Origin: Spongospora subterranea f. sp. subterranea
Taxonomy: Eukaryota
Assembly (NCBI GenBank): GCA_049724395.1
Contig: JAUGWO010000142.1
Coordinates: forward strand, 186,001 to 250,000
DNA: 64,000 nt
Reading direction: 5' to 3'
Every line of letters starts with the position of its first letter. Within the stretch, counting starts at the first letter, position 1. This document shows, piece after piece, positions 53,165 to 64,000 of this stretch. Under the pieces are notes generated by a model, which saw only the letters and a program-made list of their open reading frames with translations, searched no databases and was not told where the DNA came from. The position numbers and the translations under genes are program-made.

Positions 53165-56100
53165 TTAAATCTTACTGAAATCAAAGAAGGCAAATTCAGG
53201 TGCACTCAGCCCATGCTGATAGATGAAATGAGACGCCAAGTATGCTCCAAAAGTGGCACGAATGTAACTATCTGGAAGACGTGTGGCTAATGTTTCCACA
53301 CCCAGAAGAGACGTCAGTGCGGCAGGGCATGCGTCTAGCAAAACCTGGAAGGTACTGGCCTCAGACGCTGGAAGGAGTACAATATGGGGGGCATACCTTA
53401 TTCCGGAGAGCGCGGTTGGCCCACAGCGACGATGTTGATAAAGATGCATTTAACGAATTGATCTGCAGCAACCTTAACAACTGGGTGTGAGATATTGACA
53501 CTGAATACCTTGTTAGAAATCAAATCAGTAATGACACATCGCAGGAGACCAGTGGTTTCATTTTCCTCTAACAAAAAACACCACGTTCAGTCTTCAAGAC
53601 TGGGAGATAGTGATAACGCGTACTCCAAATACATTCGAATTCCATTCTGGCGTTCTGTTCAATAATGGTTTGCACTTCTTTCACGTATGCCCGATAAAAC
53701 GCAGGCGGATGGGCAACATCAGTAACCATCATATGCTCACTAAATTCCTCATCAGACAAAGCAAGGGCTGCAAGCACTTCTAGAGAAGAAGAGGTAACAC
53801 CTGGGTCACAATTAATTAACAGTTATTGAAAGTGACTGAATCACAAATAATACCTCCTTTGTTTGCACTTGCATCTTTGTAGATAATGGTTCCCAACTTT
53901 TCTAACTCAAGACGGGCCTGCGAAATTATTGTGATACTTGAAGGTCGCCGTGGAATGAAAGAAGATTACCTCTTGGGTCAGAAACAAATTTGCCCCTTCA
54001 ATTATGATTTTGAAGCGGCATTTTCCATTCGCATCCAGCATTTCCTGTAAAATATTTAACGTAAATACAAGCGACTACTTGAATATTGTTCGACCTGATA
54101 ATTATTCAAGTTAACGGCTTCCGGACGGCCACCGCAAGGGACAAATATATCCGCTTTTGCAACTGGATGCAGGTGGAAACAATTGCGAAAAATCAGACCA
54201 GATTCGACTGGGGCGGAAAAGCCTGGTAGAACTACCATGCGCGAATCTATCCCAATAAAGAACCCCATCGGAGAAAGCTATAGCGAAGAAATCAGATCGG
54301 GAAACTAAACATAAAAGCACGGTCGACCTTTGACTTATTGAAATGCTCACACATTTGGCGTTTTTTCGCCAATCGCTGAAGCTCCTCACGATTGATTCCA
54401 AGTGGATCATATAAAACACCACTGCCATCAACAACACTTTATGACCGCTAAGCAACTGCAGGAGGCCAACAGATTCAACATCGATTACCTGGTCGTTTTG
54501 TCTTTGGAAATCAAAATTTCATTGCTTCCAAGATCGCCATCAGGTCCGCCGGTCTTTGAAATATTAATTGCGAATACTGTGAGAAAATTAGAATCAAGCA
54601 CCGACCTGGCACTTCGTTATTTGCTCTTCTTTCAAGCCAAGTTTCGAGAGAACACCAACAACATATTGATGAACTGAGCGGGTGGTCATCCCAAACATAT
54701 CGTGTCTGATAAAAAAGTAAGCGCTGTCAGTTGAATTGTCATTGCTAAACTTACGGAATGCCACCGAGCGACATGGATTTGCCAGTCGTAAAGGCTTTCC
54801 AAAAATGAGCTCCACGAGCTAGACAAAGGGAAGAGTTTAGGTTAAATTCACGTTAAACTATTAACTAGCTACCTCTGGCATGCTGGGACGCCCAATCCAT
54901 AAGGTGCGCTGTGCCTTCATCAGGACCGAAAAACAGAATCTCCTCCTAAAACAAATCAGTTCGGTAAAAGAAGCATCATAAGTACCGATAAAAACCTGTT
55001 GTAAATAATCTCTTATTTCTTTATCAGGAATCAAGACATCCAGCATTGCATCGACGTATTTTCTGAAGGCGACTTCGTCTTTATCCTGATGAGACTGAGA
55101 CAGAAAAATAGTTCCTTTGGAACCGCCTTCTGGAATGTCTTTATTCTACCAGAGAGTTAAAATTCAATCAATGCACAAGTTTGTCCATACCTTTCGCATT
55201 TGCGTCAATGCTAAATTATAGTTTTCATCAAAAACGCTTCCGACGTTCTGAGCATAGGCTTGACTATTCCGCGATTTGATAATACGAATGCCACCACGTG
55301 CTACATCAGTAAAACGGACATGGAATCCTCGGAACTCGGACCCGATAACAAAAAATACAGCATATGGAGCAACCGGATACCTACATATATATACTGATAA
55401 GCGTTTGTCTCACTGAATAATCAAACACAACTCACTCTTCAGGGGACAAAAACCCAGGAGATAGCCGAAACGAGAGTGCAATTTTCTGTTGCTTAAAGAA
55501 GTTAGTCTTCAGAATGTGGCGGTTGAACGACCTTAGATAACAAATGAGTACTTTCTCACTCAGGGAAATGAACTTACAAAAGAGCAAGAAAAATTTGGGT
55601 ATCGAATTCCGAAATTGCGTGCAACTTTATGAGAGACTCTGAAAAGGATGCGGAATAAGCGAAGTTGATTTCAGTAAAAAATTTGGGCATTTCTAACCAA
55701 GATTGATTGTGTCGTGGTCAGTGTGCCTCGGAGTCGACGGCGTATCGGGCTGAGCGCCACCAGAATGGCGATTTGCAAAATCGGCGTAAAGCGCCTTTAA
55801 TAACGCTGGATACGCACGAATACATTCAAGCAACCGCTCCTCTAAAAAATCATCATCGGATTTCTTTCGGATATTAAACTCTAAATCATACCAGTAAACG
55901 TGTCCTTTCGCAAATTCTGCTTCAGCCGCAACAGATGGCCGATTAGACTGGGCTCATGGCGCTCAATCGATCCTAGGAGCGCTCCATACTGAAATCTTAT
56001 GGTGAAAACACGTTCAGAAACAGAGGTCATGTTGGCTACCTCACGGCGATAACGAGACAAAAACTGATGTGCAAACTTCCACCCGACGTAGGCAAATGTT

Positions 56101-57447
56101 GCCTCTTGAGCAGTTAGAACGCCATCGGAGAACATGGGGGTTAATGCGTGACGAGCTAAAACATAGATTAAAGATATGTCACTCTTAACCTGTTGATTTC
56201 AAGCTTAAATTTCAGAAAACGATCCTGTGCAACTGCTACCTGAGCGACACGCTCGTCCACTATCACATCATCAGAAGCCTGGTCGTCAGAGACGGGGAGA
56301 GGTTTAAGATAAACAGCAACAATTGTCACACCTGCACCACATCAGTCAACTATTTGAATTGAAGAATACCAACCTCACCATTCGAGAATTGTTCGACGAA
56401 TTTCTTGGCAGAATAGAGCTACAAAAACCTCAACAAAATAAAACAGAAAGTTCGCCTTGCGCACAACTAACCCCGCGTTGATGATACAGGTCGGTGAGCG
56501 CTGAGAAGAAAGAGTGAACGCTACCGTGATGGTATGCGACAACGAGACGCCGCTGGCCAGGAGTAGCGGACTTGATTATCTCGACAACTGGACCCAGTTG
56601 CAGAACGACTTTATCGATAACCGATTTATATATAGCTTGCGTCTGAGCTGAACTTCGCGCAATCATCCTGAAAGGACAGTGACACACCTCAACGACGCTC
56701 CTGCATTATCAGAAAGAAGGGTACCTGCTGTCAGAAATCTTGCTGAGCTCCGTCTCTGCAGGTTCAGGCATTCCAGCGACATATGAAGGCCGACGAATTT
56801 TGCTGGCGAAGACAGGGCGCTGCAGAAGGTAGAAGCGCAACTGAATGTTTAGGTTAGCAGCGATAGGACCAGCCGAGCGGAACACTTTAAGACGGTACGG
56901 TAGGGCATCCCCTCCAGTTGCCCCAGCTGCTGGCATGTCGGTACCGGAATATCCTTCAAGCAGATATTGGCTATCAATATCGCGTTCAAGATCATAAACT
57001 TGCGATAAACGGGATCCAGGGAGCGATCGTACTGCGAAGAAAGCTTGATCACGTTCTTCATGCCTGATGTGAAAGTCGTGTTCCTCCTTGCTGCCAGCAA
57101 GGGCAAGGATCTTGCCAGCGTAAAGGCACGATATATGTTTGGCGATGTTGAACGTCGGAGTTGAATGAAAATACTCGTCATCAATCCCCAGCCGATTAAA
57201 AAACCAATCCACTTCCTTGAGAACCAACGATGTATGAACAAGGCCTTCGTCAATAATAATCTGTGAGACTTCAACCGATTGCGATGCCTTTAATTTGGCG
57301 ATATCATAGGAATGGCTTACGATCCCATCGCCTGTTGCTCTATACCAAAAGTTCAGGCTCGGATTAGTTTTGCCATTCAGGAACTGAATGAAAATGTTAC
57401 TTAGAATACGTCGTGACGCCGTTCGTTAGGACCCCGGCATCGACCAT
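53165..57447 (-). CDS. Large NAD-specific glutamate dehydrogenase (fungal GDH2 type), multi-exon
   Basis: EVDWFFNRLGIDD, GFHVRFTDVARGGIR, DIPEGGSKG, FFGPDEGTA, GGPDGDLGSNEI, FVPCGGRPE, IIEGANLF, DASANKGGVTSSSLEVL. Confidence 0.93.
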
Positions 57448-59350
57448 CGCTTACCTAAATCGGTTATATCGATCAATACAAACAATGAATAAAGTAGAGA
57501 TTAGTTAACGAGTGTATACTAAGTCCTGTCCACACTGAGCCCCGGCGATGACCTGAACTGGGATGGACCCCGGGGAAACGTGCGCACTGCTGCTACAGTG
57601 CTGCTACACAACGTGGTAACATAGCGACATGACACGTTTATCTGGCAGTGGGAACACACTGGGAATACAGTTGGCCGACTGTGGGGATGCTCTCCTTAGT
57701 CCTTACCCGACTGGTCGACCGTGGCAACGGAGTCAGCAGTCAGCATGTTGCGTCGCCGGCCAGCAGTTGCTGGGTCAAATAGGAAAGGAACATAGCTATC
57801 TCATTTGCATTTCTTGCGCGCCAGTAGGTCAGATCATGGAACATTTTCGGGACAGGGAGCTGAAATCGGGTACCGATAAATAAAGGATCAGGCGCATTTC
57901 TTATCGTGTGTTTGTCATGTAAATGGAGGAAGCACATCAGTTCTGCAACCACATATAATCCCATTGGCTTGAACAGCTATGTTTTAATCGCCACTTTCTA
58001 GGCAGCCTCCATCGGTTTCAAAAATTGTTGATATATGATTTAAACGCTTCCAATACCACGACTGGCCTTTTAGCCTCTTTTATTTCAGGACAAATAGACT
58101 CGGTGATTCCGTAGCAGCCACCAGGGAATCAAGGAGAACATCGAGCAAGCACGGTCAAAGTAATAACTTTTTTAAACTTGAGGTGCCTCATACTCCTTCC
58201 ACTAACTTCAGAACATCCTGCAATCATCGTCTGATCTTAGCGGAAACAATCATGCGAATTCCCTCCCCGATATACAAAAAAAAATGTAAGTTGCAGCAAT
58301 TCGCATCGTGACTTCAGCACTGGAACGCAAAAATAAAGATGTTCATTACAATCGGTAGAAGTAAAGAACAGGCTGCTCGACACCTTGGTTGGCGCTGTTT
58401 ACTCGTCAGTCAAAAGGAAGTTCAGAAGATACAAAGCCAGAATGTCAGATGGTCGGACGTGAAAACTTTAAATAATTTGGTCGGGGTATCTGGGGCACCA
58501 GAATTCCATGGAGAGTCAGTTGGACTTGGAAACCTCGCCAAAATGAGAACAGTTCTGGTCGTCAACAATCGGCTGGTGCAGATATCTCAAATCTTATCGA
58601 TAACGAAACCGAAGTAGTCATAACTGTAAAAATAATATGAATATTACTGGATCAAATGTCAAATTAAAAGGAAAATTCTTGGTCGTTGTCGCCACAAGAA
58701 TTGTTGGGGCATCGTACAATCGGCCTGACAACTGAATCAAAACAGGTTTTCAGCGCTGGCAGGAATCTCAGGCGGGATTCTGCTGCCGTCGTGCAAGTCT
58801 GGTACATACAGAACTGAATAGAACTGGGAATGAACCAGGTATTTCAATGGAGACTAGAGATGGAGTGGTAGATGGGGATTGTCCACAGGGACACAGATTG
58901 GGTGACGAAGGAAACGATGAATATGAAATTATAGGGACGGCGGTGATGGCGGCATGATGACATGCAATGTAGGGAGGCAGATTGGACAGTGACCGGCTTA
59001 AATATGGGTCAAGTTTAGGAATGGGTAGGGAACTGAAATAGGTATATAATGAGGGTGTAGAAGGACAAGACCATTGAACAGGGGAAGGCTGAGGAGGGAT
59101 AAAAATAAACGGGATATATAGAAGGGGGAGTATGAACATTAGGTCCGAATTAGACCAATGACTGTTGTCCTACCTATGTAGTTTCTGTTTACTGCATTGT
59201 GTTGTCGTGGCGCTAACTCTTCAGAATCATGAAACTAACAATTGGTTCGTATCGAGACAAAAAATTCAATAGTGATGTCGGAAATCTTATGCTTTGGAAT
59301 TCGGAGCAAACGTTGGTTGATGCTATGGCGACTGTGTAGAAAAAAAAACA

Positions 59351-59434
59351 TGCCCCAGACGGGATTCGAACCCGCGCCCCACGAATGAGATGCGAACCTG
59401 AATCGCACGTGTTAGACCACTCCACCACCAGAGC
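59351..59434 (-). tRNA. tRNA-Leu(CAG)
   Basis: Cloverleaf: D arm GTGGAGTGGTCTAACAC, anticodon arm TGCGA-TTCAGGT-TCGCA, long variable arm, GGTTCGAATCC T loop, A73, oligo-T terminator downstream. Confidence 0.9.
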
Positions 59435-60033
59435 ATTAACTGAAATCCGAATGCACTGAACCTATACAAATACTGTCAACAGTTGACTCCGACGAACAAT
59501 TCGGTGCCTGATGTCGAATAGTGATGACACTTTATATAATAGTAATAGACATTATATATGACAGTTTATCTGATGATAATAAAATAGATGCTGATAATGA
59601 TAACTATGTAGTGGTTGACATTGTGAAATGGGTAAAAGCGGAGGAGCTAATTACGAGATCAGGCACAGAATTGTTCTTTGGACCGGACAGGACCGTAATC
59701 GAACGATAAGGCGTGTTGCCATGAAAAAAATCCAGATTGTGAATGTTTTGGTTCACTAATGATAATTACACCATAGGCTCGTCCCTTTTAAGATATCGGA
59801 ATTGGTCACTTGTCTCTATTGATTACGGCGGGTGAATTAGAGATCGACTCCTGGTCCATATGGTTCTGGATCATCGAGCAGGGTTTGGAATCAGACCTTG
59901 CTCAAATAGAGTCCCCAATTTATCATATCTCCAATCTCGATTCCCGTATTTCCAGGACCCGCCTAGTGACAACACAAGTCACTTCTTTTCTCATTTGATT
60001 TGATTCCTTCTCCTATTTTCTATTTGCCACGCG

Positions 60034-60975
60034 ATGCCTGCTCATTCGCCTCCGATTTCCTTCGCCCGTTAGCCAAACTCAGCACAGGGTACCAGACCTC
60101 CTGCATTTCAACCAGCCATCAACGAAGACGATGAAGTCAAGAGGTAATCTCATTCCATCACATACTGTTGAAGTTCAAACACTTAGGTGATGCGTATTCG
60201 GCTAGTTGGACCCAAATAACTGGATAAACTATTAGCGAACAGCAAAAACGTGGTGATGGAGTTTTGCAGGGCGTTGGACGGTTTCATTTTGATCAAGGGG
60301 TGGGTGGTTCTGATAACAATATTGATCGCTTTGTTTGTTTTGACAGAAACAATAGTACAAAGTCCTATGGCCAGTTATTTAACAATTTGATTGCGGCGGC
60401 GAACCAGGTGATACATAGAACATTGTGCCATTGCCATAATGTTGTCGTATCGCGATAGTTTTCGACCTTGGCTTGATCTGGTCCTCACGTGTAGCCGTTG
60501 CCACTTGCCACACAGCAATATCGTCCAATCAGAATATGCAGCCATGTCCCCTTCCCATTAGCCCGTCAAGGCCACACTGCTCCAGGCTGTTTCTCCAGAT
60601 CTATTGGCCTGCCGGTCGTCACCAACACAATCCCGCCGTCGACTGTCTATCGGCCTCACTTCTAGCGTAATCAACATCAGCAATTTCAACAATATAAATA
60701 CACCTTTATGCGAAAAGCTATTGCTTCCTGGCGTTCATTTGATACCCATCATGATTGTTTATGACTTCCCTGATATACTTCGTGTTAGGGCAGATCAAGA
60801 TAGTCGGACGTTATTGGTTCGAGGGTGATTTTATCTTTGTTTCTACTTGTTTTAGTGGCCAAGTGGCCGTGACCATGCCAAATCACACATTTTGCTGTTC
60901 ACGTTGGTCAGATGTGCAGTTCGGCTTAAAGGCTCAAATACCGGAGTACATCAGATCTGAAATTATTAAGTTATG
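60034..60975 (+). pseudogene. Possible decayed spliced gene of unknown family
   Basis: Several GT..AG intron-like segments separate short frames that contain in-frame stops (e.g. VMRIRLVGPK*LDKLLAN); no family recognised. Confidence 0.25.
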
Positions 60976-61081
60976 AACGCTTCTACCCCTGTACTACCGT
61001 ACCAATATGATCCTACCAATTATAATACATTTCTTCCTAATATTCTGGTCAACAGCTCTGGTCTATATTACGAACACCATC

Positions 61082-64000
61082 TGTTAGATTAAGAGTCCCA
61101 ACTCCACCAAGTTGCGCGACAGAGCTCATTGACACAGAAAGGGGTAGTCCAGCGTAAAGCCAACGCAAGAGACACCACCACCATGACCCGCCACAGCAGA
61201 GACGAGGTCAACAACATCGCCGGCGGCAACAGCCAGCCAGAGCGACGATGGGAGTCGACAAGATCGACAACAATTCACCCGCTAAGGAAGGAGGTGGACA
61301 CCACCAAGTATAACGGCGGCCTAAATCTGATCCCAGAGTTTGACGGCACAAACTGGGACACTTTCAAACGGAAGGTTGAGACCCAACTCATTCGAATGGA
61401 TATAGACTCGTATTTGCACCACGAGCCTAACGCTGAATCTTCAACAGAGCGACGCAACGATCGCGCAGCGTTAGCCGAAATCAGCATGCGCCTGGCACAG
61501 GTGCAGTATAAGCAGGTCAGCCATTGTGCAACAACAGCACAACTATGGAGAACACTCCAAGATACATACGATGAAACTAAAGAGGCGAAATCCGGGGCCT
61601 TATTCATCGAATTCATTGAGGCGCAAAAGCAGCCAAGCGAGACGATGAAGGCTTACCTGGACCGACTCGTTTCAATATACCACGACATGATCACACTGGA
61701 GATCAAGATCGGAGAACTAGCATTCTGTGCGAAAGTACTTCAGGGATTACCAGCAGAGTACAACCAAGTCAAGGCAGCTGCGAGAGCATCACAGCTAGGG
61801 ACAATTGCTTCAATGACAAGCCTCTTACTGTCTACAGAACGAGAGCACGAGCATGGCAAGTTTGCAAAGATACCGAACGAGCCAGCGATTGACTTGAAGA
61901 CAATGAAAGCCCAGCACAAGAGCAAAAGTTACTTGAGAGCCAAGCAGTATTGCAAGAAGTGCAAGACAACTTCTCATGACACAGACAAGTGTTGGGTGTT
62001 GAACCCACATCTCCGACGAAAAAACCATGATGAATCTTCACCGAAAACGAACAATGCGCACCGCGTTAAATTCAATGGATTCAGAATCTCGCGCGTCGGC
62101 ACAGCAGTCACGTGCGACTACATCATTGACAGTGGCGCCAACGTTTCAGTCACAAATAATCAAAACATCTTGATTAATTATGAACCTCTTAAACAACCAG
62201 TTCAGATCCAAGCGTGCAATGGACAGGCCTCAAAGGCATATGGAAAGGGCATTTTGATCATCCAGACATCACCGCCAATCACCATCAAGGATGTACTCTA
62301 CGCACCGAACATGACGAATACGTTAATATCAGCGCATTCAATCACTCAACAAGGCTATAGAATCGTCATCGAAAACGACATGCACATTGAGAGCAAAGAA
62401 GGAAAAACGATCCTCACCGCAAAGATGCATGATGGCCTATATTACGTCAGAACAGGGAGACATGCAAAGGTCAACGCGACGATCAGCCTGGACCTCGCTC
62501 ATAAGCGGTTTGGACATGCGTCGGACGAGCGTCTGAAGAATCTACAGAAATCGACCACCGGAATTGAAATTACCGGTAGCGAACGGCAGTTTTGCGACAT
62601 CTGTGCGCAAAACAAATCCCGACGACATGCATTTCCTGAAGAACGGCGAACCAAACCAACCCGAAGGTATCAGATGGTCTCATCAGATCTTAAAGGACCA
62701 TTCGTAACACCTGGAGCTGGTAATTATCGCTATTACATAACGTTCAACTGTCTGTATTCTACCTGGACATGGGTCTCATTCTTGAAGACGAAGGAAGCAG
62801 ACGAGGTACTACAGGCGATGCGAAGATTCCTTACCGATGCACAGGCAGAAACCACGGAAAGGCTCGCTATTCTATTAACCGATGGAGGAAAAGAATACGT
62901 AAATGAGCAAATGAGCACATTTCTTCTTCAGAAAGGAATTAAACATCAGAAGACAGTGCCATATTCCCCACAACAAAACGGTCAAGCCGAGCGACGAAAT
63001 CTAACGATCATGCAGATGGCCCGTTGTATATTAAGAGAGTCAGGTTTACCAGACGACTATTGGCCACATGCAGTCAGATACGCCGTCGACACTCTGAACA
63101 GATTGCCAACAAAACGCATAGACTGGAAGACGCCATACGAACTGTGGAAAAATCAAGTTCCTGCGGTCGATAACATGCGCCCATTTGGATGCGTTGCCTG
63201 GACACACATTGACAGTTCATTTAGGACTAGTATTGATCCAACAGCGGAAAAGTGTATTTTCTTAGGATACCCATATTACCAAAAGGGATACGTTGTAGAA
63301 CGCGTCAGAGACAAGAAAGTACTCATCAGACGCGACATCACATTCAACGAAGGGAGCACGCGCGAAAATCATCCGCAAAGCCAAAATCCCATGGAAATCA
63401 TTGACGAATTCGTCTATGAAATTAACCGTGCAGTTCGACTACCAACCACATTTGCAGAGGCGATGGAGTCACCGGAAGCAACGAAATGGCGACAAGCTGC
63501 TCAAGAAGAAATTGATGCACACCATCGCAATCACACGTGGACACTCGTATAAACCTGCACACATCAAGCCGATCAAAGGCAAATGGGTATTCACGACGAA
63601 AACACACCCTGATGGCAAGGTACGATTCAAGGCACGACTTGTGGCAAAAGGATTCGCACAGAGAGAAGGAATCGACTACGATGAAACTTTTTCATCTGTA
63701 TTGGCGCAGACATCGCTTCGAACGATTTTATCAATTGCCGCCGCCAACCACTGGAAGATTTATCAGAAGGATTTCACAACTGCATATCTAAATGCACCTC
63801 TAACTAATCCTATCTTCATATACCAACCGGACGGATTCCTCAAGCAGGGCGAGGAACATAAAGTATGTCTACTAGAGAAAGCCTTATACGGTCTGAAGCA
63901 GGCCGGTCGCGAATGGCAAACGACCCTGTTTGGCAAGTTAAGGGAAAGTCAATTCGCGCAATCAACCAAGGAACCATGCATTTGGTACAAATCCCGCGAG
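61082..64000 (+). mobile_element. Ty1/copia LTR retrotransposon (gag-PR-IN-RT), 3' part outside window
   Basis: IPEFDGTNW, CKKCKTTSHDTDKC, IIDSGA, HKRFGH..CDIC, SDLKGP..TDGGKEY..PQQNGQAER, then KARLVAKGF..DYDETF, AYLNA, LYGLKQAGREW; 5' boundary (TGTTAG at 61082) tentative; frameshift at ~63550. Confidence 0.95.

Noticed and set aside
57629..59139. ORF fragments with faint Ulp1-protease-like words (LLDSL, QANG..CG) and a strand-biased low-complexity ORF
   Set aside because: Catalytic motifs incomplete and frames broken; insufficient support

Overview
Gene-dense eukaryotic nuclear DNA with many short (mostly ~45-65 nt) GT-AG introns and very short intergenic gaps. The axonemal gene CCDC40 implies a flagellated stage. 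The overall style suggests a non-animal, zoosporic protist such as a plasmodiophorid, but that is inference only. Recognisable genes in order: TBC Rab-GAP (5'-partial), RecQ helicase, secreted His-rich peptide, Sec16, LOTUS/zinc-finger protein, F-box protein, primase large subunit, eIF4E, CCDC40, DnaJB, stand-alone SET methyltransferase, SWI3/SMARCC, secreted tyrosinase, Wee1/Myt1 kinase, acidic type I membrane protein, FMR1/FXR-like protein, BSD-NECAP protein, TRM1, large NAD-GDH and tRNA-Leu(CAG). Mobile DNA: a decayed gypsy chromovirus end with rearranged LTRs, a truncated IS630/Tc1 element, and a Ty1/copia element running off the right edge. Most notable: (1) a ~240-nt fold-back with a 67-bp near-perfect stem resembling a miRNA/hpRNA precursor; (2) a full-architecture Fragile-X-family protein; (3) a LOTUS+CCCH/CCHC protein; (4) tandem duplications sitting just upstream of several genes. 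Exon boundaries were read by eye and are approximate.
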